A stretch of DNA of 64,000 nt from Gammaproteobacteria bacterium (GCA_050291745.1 JBNKKI010000092.1:13103-77102); one strand, 5' to 3'. Numbered from the stretch's first letter, positions 28,471 through 38,301 are shown. Notes: generated from the sequence alone by a model not told the origin. Numbers and translations are program-made.

Positions 28471-29046
28471 TTAAAAATATTCTGGCTCATTGCCAGCTTT
28501 CCATTTGATATTACAACCCAAACTGGGAATTTGTTCGGTAGGTATAGCTTCATTATTTAATAGAGCTTCAGTAGCTGCTATTAAATCTTTCCCTGTAATT
28601 GGTATATCATTACCGGGTCTTGATCCATCAAACTGTCCTCGATAAACCAGCTTATGTTCCTTATCAAATAGAAATAAATCTGGTGTACAGGCAGCTTTAT
28701 AAGCTTTAGCCGTTTCCTGAGATTCATCATAAAGATAGGGAAATTGAAGATTATAATCGATTAATAGCTGAACCATTTTTTCGGGGCTATCTGCTTCGTA
28801 ATTATTGACATCATTGGCATTAATCATAATTATCGATAAGCCTTTCTGCTGATATTTTTGTGCATATTGTGAAAATTCATTGAGAATATGTAAAACATAG
28901 GGACAATGATTACAACTAAATACCACCAGTACAGGTTTATGAGAATAATCAGTCAGACTGATTTCTTTTCCAGTTGCAGGTTCGGGTAAACTAAAGTCCG
29001 GGGCAGTTGTACCCAGCTCTAGCATGGTTGAAGGTGTTTTAGACAT
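28471..29046 (-). CDS. thioredoxin-fold (redoxin/TlpA-like) thiol-disulfide oxidoreductase family protein
   Basis: 191 aa, VVFSCNHCPYV CxxC active-site motif. Confidence 0.65.
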   Translation of the reverse strand: MSKTPSTMLELGTTAPDFSLPEPATGKEISLTDYSHKPVLVVFSCNHCPYVLHILNEFSQYAQKYQQKGLSIIMINANDVNNYEADSPEKMVQLLIDYNLQFPYLYDESQETAKAYKAACTPDLFLFDKEHKLVYRGQFDGSRPGNDIPITGKDLIAATEALLNNEAIPTEQIPSLGCNIKWKAGNEPEYF

Positions 29047-29730
29047 TTAATAATTACTCCAGGAATCACGTTTTTTCCAGCGTATTCGAGTAACTATTAT
29101 ACCTAATAAAAAAGCAATTAGTGATACAGATGCTCCTCGAATAAACCAGTCCATAGCCGTACTATCTTTATATTGAGCATTTTCGGCAGATAGTTTTTGT
29201 TTATCGGCTTCCAGCTCATTAATTCTGGATTTTAGTGAATCATTTTGCTGTAAAACCAGAATAGTGTCATGAGTTGCAGTTTTCAAATCTTTCAATTCTT
29301 TCTCAGTTTTTGAGAGAGATGTTTCAAGAGTTGAGATACTTCTGGAGTCATCTGCTTTTTGAGTTTTATACTCACTCAGCTCTTTTCTGAGTAGTTCAAT
29401 CGTCTCTTTATGTTTATCTGTTATAAGCTGTAACTTAGCCAGACGATCTCGACCAGAAGGCAGAACTTCTAAAAAGCGAGTCAGCACATAACCTTTTTTT
29501 CCTCTCTCTGTTTCAACAAGTGAATACTTTGTTTCTGCATCCTGTTCGATAATTTCAACCTTATCTCCACTTTTTAACATTGAGAGGATATTGTTCGAGG
29601 TACTGGGGCCACTGCGTAAAGTTATTTCAAACTCATCAGTCACATAACGTGTTTCAGCCCATACCTGGGCAGTTATAAAAAGAGAAAATATGAGAAATAT
29701 TGTTCTGAAGGAAGATTTAATTTTAGTCAT
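29047..29730 (-). CDS. YgiM-like SH3-domain protein with a C-terminal membrane anchor
   Basis: Signal peptide, AETRYVTDEF...SGPS SH3b region, central coiled coil, C-terminal TM and RWKKRD tail, as in E. coli YgiM. Confidence 0.75.
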   Translation of the reverse strand: MTKIKSSFRTIFLIFSLFITAQVWAETRYVTDEFEITLRSGPSTSNNILSMLKSGDKVEIIEQDAETKYSLVETERGKKGYVLTRFLEVLPSGRDRLAKLQLITDKHKETIELLRKELSEYKTQKADDSRSISTLETSLSKTEKELKDLKTATHDTILVLQQNDSLKSRINELEADKQKLSAENAQYKDSTAMDWFIRGASVSLIAFLLGIIVTRIRWKKRDSWSNY

Positions 29731-29735
29731 GAATT

Positions 29736-30608
29736 TTAAAATTTATAAAAATAGTCCAAAGAAATTACATTACCAGTTAACTCAACGTTATTAGTCAAAA
29801 GATATTTGTTGTAATCATAAGAGAGGTCGATAGATTGATTCGATGTGAAAAAGTAATTAGTACCAACCCGTATAATAATATTTTTTGAACTGGTATCAAA
29901 ATCTTTACTGGAACTCGGTAATACAGGGGTGGGCATAGGCGATTCACCCGGAGTATGGTGAGTAGCAAAATCATTACGATTAGATATGGGTTGTTGTATG
30001 GCGATTGACGTAGAATTAGTACCAATAGTCTCATCTTCATATTTCAGATTAATGTAAACAATTAATTCTGGATCAATCTGTATATCGGTATTAATAAATA
30101 CTCCGGTACTTAATATATCCTCGATATCTGAATTTTTGGAAGAAAATTGAATTCCTGTTAACAGAGTAAGCTGATCATCAAGGCGTAAAGTATCAGCCAG
30201 GATTAGTGAAGTTATCGATCTGTTGAGATCGGAATTATCTAAAATCTCTATTTCATGTCTTAGAGCAATAGAATAAACCGGTTTAGTGTAACCACTGTCA
30301 GGAATATAACTATAAATTAATTCGCCTAATATCCCATCTCTATTTTTCCAGTCTGCATCATTATAATGTCGAGTAAACAGATCTGCATTAATGTTAACTA
30401 CAGAACGTCTGCTCAAGCCCTTGTAATAGTGAGCAGATCCAGTTAATTGATTATAGTTTTGCCTTTCTCCATCAAAAACTTCTGAAGCCAGTCCCAGTTG
30501 AATATTAAAGGCAGGCGCTGCAGCCTTTGCATTTAAAGCAAATAGCATTGCGGTAGTAATAAAAGTAATTTTTATTATATACCTGCCTGGCATCATGAAG
30601 TTTCTCAA
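29736..30608 (-). CDS. putative outer-membrane beta-barrel protein
   Basis: Signal peptide (...ALNAKAAAP), alternating amphipathic strands, C-terminal ...LDYFYKF aromatic end. Confidence 0.5.
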   Translation of the reverse strand: MRNFMMPGRYIIKITFITTAMLFALNAKAAAPAFNIQLGLASEVFDGERQNYNQLTGSAHYYKGLSRRSVVNINADLFTRHYNDADWKNRDGILGELIYSYIPDSGYTKPVYSIALRHEIEILDNSDLNRSITSLILADTLRLDDQLTLLTGIQFSSKNSDIEDILSTGVFINTDIQIDPELIVYINLKYEDETIGTNSTSIAIQQPISNRNDFATHHTPGESPMPTPVLPSSSKDFDTSSKNIIIRVGTNYFFTSNQSIDLSYDYNKYLLTNNVELTGNVISLDYFYKF

Positions 30609-30955
30609 AATAAGGAATATATTTACTATCCAGAAGACATCGTAGTGTGCCTGTTTACGTTATAAACAACAAGGCTCACTGATTAACTAAAAATTGTAAT
30701 TATTTTATATTATCTGAAAAATCACTAGTCCACTATAATTTACAGGTATATTAAATATGGCTGCTATCAACTTCTCAAATAAACAATTCATAAAGATATG
30801 CAAAAGTGGTAAGTGTAAGATAAATTAACTTAATTTTAGCAGGGAAAAGCAGGGCGTTCTCCATTGCCAGTAAACAACTGATTTTTCCAGGTTAAACAGG
30901 TCAAAATATTTAATGAGTTCAGCTTTTAAATAGAATAGGTTATGCTCACTTCATA

Positions 30956-31702
30956 ATGACTATAGAAGGTATCAGCATGAGCGAGAATATCGAAGATCCC
31001 CGAAGAGATTTTCTAATCAATGCACTAAGTCTGGGATTATTTACCACAGGTACTATGTCAGGTCTCATTCAACCAGCTTTTGCCATGGGGGATATTCCTG
31101 CCAAAATGCCACCCGGACAGTCTATCTATAAACTCAAAGGAGATGTGACAGTCAATGGCGAAAAAGCTACGATCAAAACTCAGATTACGGCTAACTCATT
31201 GATTAAAACCGGGCGTTCCAGTCAAATTATTTTTGTTGTAGGTGGTGATGCTTTTATTCTTCGTAGTCATAGTGTGTTACAACTCGAAGGCGATAGCTTG
31301 CTAATTAAGGGAATTCGAATGCTGTCTGGAAAACTACTATCGGTTTTCGGTAAACGCGTTGAACCACATAGAATTAGAACCCTGACCGCGACAATTGGTA
31401 TTAGAGGTACTGGTATTTATGTAGAATCAGATGAGGAAAAATCCTATATTTGCACCTGTTACGGGCATACCCTGATTGCTTCAGCAGAGAACCCGGATAC
31501 CCGGCAGGAAGTCATATCAAAGCATCATGACCAGCCCTTATATGTTTATTCAGCAAATTCCGGCAAAAAAATTATTGAACCAGCTCCATTTATCGACCAT
31601 ACGGATGTGGAACTGGCATTAATCGAAGAACTAGTGGGAAGAACAACACCTTTTGTAATTACTAATGGTGTGTATGATGCACCAAGAAAAAGATCTTATT
31701 GA
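30956..31702 (+). CDS. Tat-exported FecR-domain protein
   Basis: Twin-arginine motif PRRDFLINALSLGLFT...AFA; FecR-like core ...TIGIRGTGIYVE. Confidence 0.5.
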   Translation: MTIEGISMSENIEDPRRDFLINALSLGLFTTGTMSGLIQPAFAMGDIPAKMPPGQSIYKLKGDVTVNGEKATIKTQITANSLIKTGRSSQIIFVVGGDAFILRSHSVLQLEGDSLLIKGIRMLSGKLLSVFGKRVEPHRIRTLTATIGIRGTGIYVESDEEKSYICTCYGHTLIASAENPDTRQEVISKHHDQPLYVYSANSGKKIIEPAPFIDHTDVELALIEELVGRTTPFVITNGVYDAPRKRSY

Positions 31703-32634
31703 GCGCTATCTGGAGTTTGAGCCGGGATAATATCTTCCTCATTATCAGGAAGAGTCGCAGGTAATAGCACTGAGTCATCTACAGTTTCAACCTCAGACTT
31801 TTCATAGGGCGTGATCAATATCAGCATCCCAAATTGTGGATTATCCAGATAATGAAGCTTTCTACTACGCATACGACGCTTTTCATTTAAACCATAATTT
31901 AAAAGTTTTTTGCCAATAAAACTATCATTTTCGATTTCAGTATTTAAATTATCGGTTCTTTCTACCATATTTTGCATAGTAGCAGGCTTACGCAAAACCA
32001 GGTCAGCCTGAGTATGTAAGTATCGTGATAGAGTTATAATTATTCTTCCTTCAAGCTCATAAAAACCTTCTTTCTTTTGCAGCGGTGTGACTAAGGTATT
32101 ATCATTTTCAGTTTCTGTATCTATCTCCGGGGTGACAGCTAAAGCAGGGTTTAAGATTTCTGTTTGTTCAACTGAAACTGGTTCCTGCTGGTCAATTGAT
32201 GAATACCCCTTATCATATATTTTACCACCTGTTATCCAGACCGGAATAGACTCAGAGCTACTTAATCCGGGCTGTCGCCAGCCAATATGTGTCAGTAAGT
32301 CATAGCGACTGGATACGACTATTTGATGTACCAGATCTGATAATCTGAGATTTTCCTGTTGTAATGTGCTAAAGCCAAACTGCAGGGCCTTTTGCAGACT
32401 GTTCGGATCAGATAAATCAACTGTAAGTGCAGTTTTTGAAGGAGACGGGGTGGGTAGATTAAGTTCATCTCCTTTAGGGACAGATTTGTTTTTAAATACG
32501 ACTATTTCAATATCATAATATTTTTTATCGCTAGCTTCTGAAGATGTAGGTAAATCTTGTGCAGTACTGCCAGCTGAATACAACAGGACAATTGATAAAG
32601 TGAAGAGAGAGGTAATAAATCTGTTTATATGCAT
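31696..32634 (-). CDS. secreted hypothetical protein immediately downstream of mfd (possibly CsiV-like)
   Basis: Signal peptide MHINRFITSLFTLSIVLLYSAGSTAQ; stop/start overlap with mfd at 32634. Confidence 0.4.
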   Translation of the reverse strand: MHINRFITSLFTLSIVLLYSAGSTAQDLPTSSEASDKKYYDIEIVVFKNKSVPKGDELNLPTPSPSKTALTVDLSDPNSLQKALQFGFSTLQQENLRLSDLVHQIVVSSRYDLLTHIGWRQPGLSSSESIPVWITGGKIYDKGYSSIDQQEPVSVEQTEILNPALAVTPEIDTETENDNTLVTPLQKKEGFYELEGRIIITLSRYLHTQADLVLRKPATMQNMVERTDNLNTEIENDSFIGKKLLNYGLNEKRRMRSRKLHYLDNPQFGMLILITPYEKSEVETVDDSVLLPATLPDNEEDIIPAQTPDSAQ

Positions 32635-35600
32635 TAACTGGTCAACTCGTTTAGAAAATTCTGCAGTTGCATAAATCTTTTATCCAAATCTTCATGTAAC
32701 TCGCTAATGGTTAAAGTTTGTTTACCATCAAATTGATAGTGTAATGGTTTTTTCTGGATTAATTGAATAATTTTCATTGGATCAATGTTTGGCTTTTCAG
32801 AAAATATAATTTTGCCAGTTTCTACTCCAAAATCAATTTTCTGAATACCCATTTCTCTGGTGATGGACTTTAATTCGGTAATTCTAAATAGATTTTGTAA
32901 AGGTTCTGGTAATAATCCGAATCGATCAATCATTTCCATTTTTAGATTTTTAATATCTTCAGCCGTATTTGAAGAGGATATTCTTTTATATTCAATCAAA
33001 CGGTTGTGTACATCGGGTATATAATCCTCCGGGATTAAAGCCGGTATATGAAAGTCAATTTCAGATGCCCGCATCAGTGGTTGATCAAAATCCAGATCTT
33101 TATTAGATTTCAGAGAGTGTACTGCTCGCTCCAGTAATTCGGAATAGAGTGTAAAGCCTATTTCAGTTATCTGTCCACTTTGGTCATCACCCAGTAATTC
33201 TCCAGCGCCGCGTATTTCCAGGTCATGAGTGGCCAGTGTAAAGCCAACCCCTAAATCTTCCAGTGATTCTATAGCCTGTAATCGTTTTTTTGCGTCAGCT
33301 GTGATGGATTTTGGATGTGGTGTAATCAGGTAGGCAAAGGCTCTATGATGCGATCGTCCAACTCGGCCACGTATTTGATGTAATTGCGCAAGTCCCAGTT
33401 TATCTGCTCGATTGATGAAAATCGTGTTTGCTGATGGTACGTCAATACCACTTTCTATAATCGTTGTGCAGACAAGCATATTGCATCGATGGTGATAAAA
33501 ATCGAGCATGACATGTTCCAGCTCTTTTTCATTCATCTGACCATGAGCTATTCCTATTCGAGCCTCAGGAATTAGTTCCTGCAATTCAGAAGCTGTTTTT
33601 TCAATACTCTTAACTTCATTATGTAAAAAATAAATTTGCCCTCCACGTTTTAATTCACGTTGGCAACCTTCAATGATGGAATCATTATTCCATTGTGATA
33701 CAAAGGTCTTAATTGCATGACGCTGCATTGGAGGGGTTGCTATGATCGATAAGTCTCGCATGCCTGCCAGTGACATATTTAAAGTTCTGGGAATCGGGGT
33801 AGCGGTTAATGTCAGTAAGTCAACCTGGGCTCTCAACGCTTTCAGCTTTTCTTTGTGACGAACACCGAAACGATGCTCTTCATCGATAATAACTAATCCT
33901 AAATCCTTGTATTTGATATCATCAGATAACAGTTTATGTGTACCAATAACGATATCGATTCTGCCGGTTTTTATCTGAGATAGACTTTCAGTTAATTCCT
34001 TTTTAGATGTGAAACGGGAAAGAAGTGTAAGTTTGAATGGCCACTCGGCAAAACGATCCTGGAAATTTTGATGATGCTGTTGTGCAAGCAGGGTAGTAGG
34101 CACCAGTACCACAACCTGCTTTCCGGCATTAGCGGCAATAAAGGCTGCACGCATGCTGACTTCTGTCTTTCCAAATCCTACATCTCCACAGACGACTCGA
34201 TCCATCGGCTTTTCAGAGATCATATCATTCAGTACTGATTCGATAGCTAACTTTTGATCAGGTGTTTCTTCAAAAGGGAAATCACTGGAAAATTTCTGAT
34301 ACTCATCATGATTGAGTAAGAATGCATGGCCCTTCAATGCTTCTCTACGAGCGTGAATTTCCAGTAATTCTGTGGCGATATCATGAATTTTCTGCTGTGC
34401 TTTTTTACGTACTTTTTGCCAGTAATCATTGCCCAGCTTGTGCAGTGGGGCTTTATCTTCGGATGCGCCGGTATATCGTGAAATTAAATGTAATGATGAT
34501 ACAGGAACATATAATTTATCGTGATTGGCATACTCTATACATAAGAATTCAGTTTCTATTTCCGCTACTGTTAAGGTTTTCAGACCCAGGTATCGGCCTA
34601 TGCCGTGATCTTCATGAACAACCGGTGCGCCTTCATTTAAATCGGCGAGATTATTGATTATGGCTTCTGAATCACGCGTTTTTCGATATTTTCTGCGCTG
34701 TGTTTGCTTGGCTCTATCACCGAATAGCTGTGTTTCTGTGATAAAAGTGACTAACTCATCATCAAGTTGCAATCCACTTTCCAGAGGTGAAGTGGTGATA
34801 AATAATTTATCGAGTGTATTTGATTTGAAGTCGCTGTAACTGTTGACAACATGAACCCTGATATCATGATGTCTTAATAACTCGATTAAAAATTCTCGTC
34901 GACCACTAGATTCTGAGCAGAATAAAACTTTGTGACTCTGTATGCTTTGCAGGTATTCCTTCAGTGCTGATAAAGGTTCCTCATTATGTTGTTTGATAGT
35001 AAGAAGAGGAGGAGCAGACAATGCCATATTGATGGTAGACTGATCTTCTTTTTCATACTTAAAAGCTGAAAATATACTGACAGGATAATCTTTTAATGAC
35101 TGTTGGAATAGCTGTTCAGATAAATACAACAATTCGGGTTTTATCAAAGGGTGTTGCAGATTATAACGTCGTGATTCATATCTTTGCTCAACCTGTCCGA
35201 GAAAATGCTGAACTCCATCAAATGCTGTCTGTTCCATTAGGAATTGAGTTTTTAATGGCAGGTAATTAAATAGGGTACTAAGTTTTTCGAAAAACAGAGG
35301 AAGATAGTATTCAATACCCGGTGATGAGATTCCCTGACTGATATCTTCATAAACGGGACAGCTTTTAGGATCAACTTCAAAGGTTTGACGGAAGCTCTGG
35401 CGAAATTGCTTAATACCATCTTCATCCAGCGGAAATTCACGTGCCGGTAATAATTCAATCGAATTCAGTTTTTCAATAGATCTTTGACTATCCGCATCAA
35501 AACTACGTATAGATTCAATTTCATTATCAAAAAATTCCAGTCTGAATGGAGTGGGTGACCCCATCGGAAATATATCCATGATGGAGCCCCTTGCGGCAAA

Positions 35601-36080
35601 TTCTCCATGTTGTTCAACTTGAGAAACACTTTGATAGGCCTGTTCTGTCAGGCGCTTTTTGAATTGTGATAAATCCAGAGTTTCTCCGGTTTTGATAGAA
35701 AAAGACCGACTGGAAATATAATCGACTGGTGATATTTTCTGTAAAAGAGTGCCTATTGAAAGAAACAGGACTGCCCGTGATTTAAGTTGTGGTAATTTTG
35801 CCAGGCAACGTAATCTATCAGAAATAATATCCTGGTGAGGAGAAAAATTATCATAAGGAAGCGTTTCCAGATCAGGGAAATTTAGTATGCTTAATTGACC
35901 GTCTCGAAAAAAACGAATTTCTTTTTCGAGTTGTTCGGCTTCTGCCATATCATTTGTAACCACTACCGATAATCCTTTGAACTGGCGGATTTGTTGAGCG
36001 ACAAACAGACTTTTACCGGCTCCATAGAGTTGTCCGGTTTTCAGGATAGTTTGTTTGTCTGGTACTGGCCTTTGTAGCAT
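32634..36080 (-). CDS. mfd: transcription-repair coupling factor Mfd
   Basis: 1148 aa; UvrB-homology N-terminus, RNAP-interaction domain, SF2 helicase motifs (GDVGFGKTEV, DEEHRFG, TATPIPRT), TRG motif. Confidence 0.95.
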   Translation of the reverse strand: MLQRPVPDKQTILKTGQLYGAGKSLFVAQQIRQFKGLSVVVTNDMAEAEQLEKEIRFFRDGQLSILNFPDLETLPYDNFSPHQDIISDRLRCLAKLPQLKSRAVLFLSIGTLLQKISPVDYISSRSFSIKTGETLDLSQFKKRLTEQAYQSVSQVEQHGEFAARGSIMDIFPMGSPTPFRLEFFDNEIESIRSFDADSQRSIEKLNSIELLPAREFPLDEDGIKQFRQSFRQTFEVDPKSCPVYEDISQGISSPGIEYYLPLFFEKLSTLFNYLPLKTQFLMEQTAFDGVQHFLGQVEQRYESRRYNLQHPLIKPELLYLSEQLFQQSLKDYPVSIFSAFKYEKEDQSTINMALSAPPLLTIKQHNEEPLSALKEYLQSIQSHKVLFCSESSGRREFLIELLRHHDIRVHVVNSYSDFKSNTLDKLFITTSPLESGLQLDDELVTFITETQLFGDRAKQTQRRKYRKTRDSEAIINNLADLNEGAPVVHEDHGIGRYLGLKTLTVAEIETEFLCIEYANHDKLYVPVSSLHLISRYTGASEDKAPLHKLGNDYWQKVRKKAQQKIHDIATELLEIHARREALKGHAFLLNHDEYQKFSSDFPFEETPDQKLAIESVLNDMISEKPMDRVVCGDVGFGKTEVSMRAAFIAANAGKQVVVLVPTTLLAQQHHQNFQDRFAEWPFKLTLLSRFTSKKELTESLSQIKTGRIDIVIGTHKLLSDDIKYKDLGLVIIDEEHRFGVRHKEKLKALRAQVDLLTLTATPIPRTLNMSLAGMRDLSIIATPPMQRHAIKTFVSQWNNDSIIEGCQRELKRGGQIYFLHNEVKSIEKTASELQELIPEARIGIAHGQMNEKELEHVMLDFYHHRCNMLVCTTIIESGIDVPSANTIFINRADKLGLAQLHQIRGRVGRSHHRAFAYLITPHPKSITADAKKRLQAIESLEDLGVGFTLATHDLEIRGAGELLGDDQSGQITEIGFTLYSELLERAVHSLKSNKDLDFDQPLMRASEIDFHIPALIPEDYIPDVHNRLIEYKRISSSNTAEDIKNLKMEMIDRFGLLPEPLQNLFRITELKSITREMGIQKIDFGVETGKIIFSEKPNIDPMKIIQLIQKKPLHYQFDGKQTLTISELHEDLDKRFMQLQNFLNELTS

Positions 36081-36180
36081 TTATTTCAGCAGCGATTAAA
36101 AAGTTTGCGATTGTACACCTTCAACGGCTGTAATGCAGTATTGCCTGCCTGGATTATCTGCATCGATATAAAGAAGTCAT

Positions 36181-36381
36181 CCTGGAATGCGCAGTTGGAC
36201 GAGTTGATTGTGCGTTTGAGGTAGGTAGATCAAGGCGTTACAACGAAGAGATATGCCGCTTCAAACCTGCAATTCAATTCGTAGCAGGATGCACCGATTG
36301 GGTGATTATAAATATCAACTGTCATGGTCTATGAAACAGTGGCTTAACCTCTATTGCGAGCGGTCAACTACGGAATCCTGG
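36181..36381 (-). repeat. MITE-like repeat, copy C (short subtype, about 201 bp)
   Basis: CCTGGAATGCGCAGTTGGACGAG...CGAGCGGTCAACTACGGAATCCTGG; lacks the central hairpin seen in copies A and D. Confidence 0.85.
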
Positions 36382-36413
36382 GGCATGCAAAATGAGATGA
36401 AATTTATGCAGGT

Positions 36414-36446
36414 AAAAAAAACGACGGTCAAGACCGTCGTTTTTTA
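36414..36446. terminator. bidirectional Rho-independent terminator (after the rhodanese gene on - ; abuts MITE copy C)
   Basis: AAAAAAA-ACGACGGTcaagACCGTCGT-TTTTT: 8 bp GC-rich stem flanked by A and T runs. Confidence 0.8.
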
Positions 36447-36492
36447 AAATAACCTGAAAATAAGTTTTCAAATCATAAAAGGTGAAGGAAAG

Positions 36493-37149
36493 TTAGTCAA
36501 CGGCTTTAGCTGTTGTTAAACCTAAAATTTCCCAGTCCTGCATACCACCACGGTACCATTTAATTTTATGGGCAGGATAACCAAATTTAAGCAGGTTTTT
36601 AATGTTATTAGGTGATTGACCACACCACATACCATTACAGAACATTACCAGCGTTTTTGCTTTTGAAAAATCCCACAGACCTTCAAGGTTTTCGGCATTA
36701 AAGGAACCTTCCATAATTTCACCAATAGAAATCGGGTCAGCACCTTTAGCTGGATTTAACTTTGTCCAGGGAATATTGACAGCACCAGGTATTGTTCCTT
36801 TGGCTGCCCAGTCAGGTGTTCTGGAATCAACGACCAGAACTGAATCATCTCCGCTATTCACCATTTTTAGATAATGAAGCACTTCATTTTCAGCAATAGT
36901 TTCAACACCTGGTGCTAAAGTAGCAGGCTGTATACAAAAAGGAGGGCATTTGCGAGAAGTTTTTGCAAAAGCTGGATTTACAGTGTTTTTCTGGTTTTGA
37001 TTACGCATGATCGTTACAGTTTTACCACCATGCTTTACGTCTATACTCTCCAGGTCAGGTGTAATATTAACAGCGGCAGAAAAAACAGGGCTACTAATAA
37101 CAATACTTAAAGCTATAGCGCTCGCTGAAAGAATTTTTCTGAATTTCAT
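36493..37149 (-). CDS. periplasmic rhodanese-domain sulfurtransferase
   Basis: Signal peptide; rhodanese-fold region with candidate active-site Cys in FCNGMWCGQS. Confidence 0.6.
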   Translation of the reverse strand: MKFRKILSASAIALSIVISSPVFSAAVNITPDLESIDVKHGGKTVTIMRNQNQKNTVNPAFAKTSRKCPPFCIQPATLAPGVETIAENEVLHYLKMVNSGDDSVLVVDSRTPDWAAKGTIPGAVNIPWTKLNPAKGADPISIGEIMEGSFNAENLEGLWDFSKAKTLVMFCNGMWCGQSPNNIKNLLKFGYPAHKIKWYRGGMQDWEILGLTTAKAVD

Positions 37150-37307
37150 ATTTTACTCTCCAATTTAGTTTTATATAGTTTATAAGGTTTATATTTATTC
37201 TACTTGCCCTACTAACTTATTATCATTCAATAACTTAACTTATGTAAATGAATGAGAATAAATTATAGATTTGTTGGAAATGCCAGTGAGGTTTTTATTG
37301 TATGTGA

Positions 37308-37505
37308 TTAATCACATTCTGGTTCTTCATCCTCTTCATCCTGCTTCTTTTTCTTTTTTTCATCAGTCTGTGTTTCATCAGCACAATATAGAGGTGAACT
37401 GATAGAATCGAGTGATTTTTTTGATAATATTGTGGTAGAAGCAAAAGCCTGACCAAAGACTAGAAATGTAAAAGACATAAATAGTACAGCTAAAATATGC
37501 TTCAT
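37308..37505 (-). CDS. small secreted peptide (65 aa) with a lysine-run and acidic, Cys-containing tail
   Basis: Signal peptide MKHILAVLFMSFTFLVFGQAFA then ...CADETQTDEKKKKKQDEEDEEPECD. Confidence 0.4.
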   Translation of the reverse strand: MKHILAVLFMSFTFLVFGQAFASTTILSKKSLDSISSPLYCADETQTDEKKKKKQDEEDEEPECD

Positions 37506-37684
37506 ATGATACTCCTCAGATAAATTGCTTGTATATGGTTATTTATTATAATGCTATCGGATTGTAATGAATTGGCATATTTATGCAATTAAAAAAGAAA
37601 GCTAAAAATCACTATAACTTTTTCAGAAGAATGAAGCATTGTTTCCATGTGGATTTGAAATCAAGATTCTTACATTTTTCTGAT

Positions 37685-38002
37685 TTATTGCGGCATGATC
37701 AATGTGGTGAGATTTAACGAATGTAATACTGTCTGATATTCAAAAAATACTCTAAATTCTCCATAGTCCCATTCAGTAATTGGTGGTTCACCTATAGCAC
37801 CAATACGTCTATCTGGTTCCCCAAATTCTTCCAGAACTCGATCCATACTGTATCCACGTTGAGGCATTTTTATTGTTGATCCAGATTCAAAATGTCCGGG
37901 AATAGAGAGATTATCAGCCATTAATGGGGTAGATAATAATGCAATCAAGATGAAAGTAAGATTTGTTTTAAAAGGCATTTCCGGTGTCTCCTTAAAGCCC
38001 AT
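37685..38002 (-). CDS. small secreted hypothetical protein (about 95-105 aa)
   Basis: Signal peptide MPFKTNLTFILIALLSTPLMA; no motif recognised. Confidence 0.4.
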   Translation of the reverse strand: MGFKETPEMPFKTNLTFILIALLSTPLMADNLSIPGHFESGSTIKMPQRGYSMDRVLEEFGEPDRRIGAIGEPPITEWDYGEFRVFFEYQTVLHSLNLTTLIMPQ

Positions 38003-38301
38003 GGTATTTTGAAGAAGCTAATAGTCTAACTATAGCATGCCTCAAATGTTCGGCAACTGAACAGTTATATTTTTTTAACATTCTTTAGAATCAATATCTT
38101 AAGATGATAACCTATAGTGAAGCAGCAAGTACATTGACTGTATAGAAATATCTCTTTTTTTTCAATTTTATTGTTTAAGTCTGAATTTTAAAATGAACAA
38201 TAATGAGCGAAATATACACAAGACACATCTATTAATCAGTCATTTAAATATGTAAATAGTTTTAAAGATACATATTGGAGCTTAAGGCTAAACGTGTTTA
38301 A

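Noticed and set aside
36253-36447. 64 aa ORF inside MITE copy C, sharing a roughly 40 aa peptide (QTCNS(I/V)RS..HRLG.Y..QLSW.MKQW.NLYCERST.ES) with the 101 aa ORF 51567..51872 inside copy D
   Set aside because: The similarity is explained by nucleotide conservation of the repeat. The frame is broken by the 11 nt indel in copy B, and it is not an ORF of 60 aa or more in copies A or B. There is no RBS. It is treated as non-coding repeat sequence.
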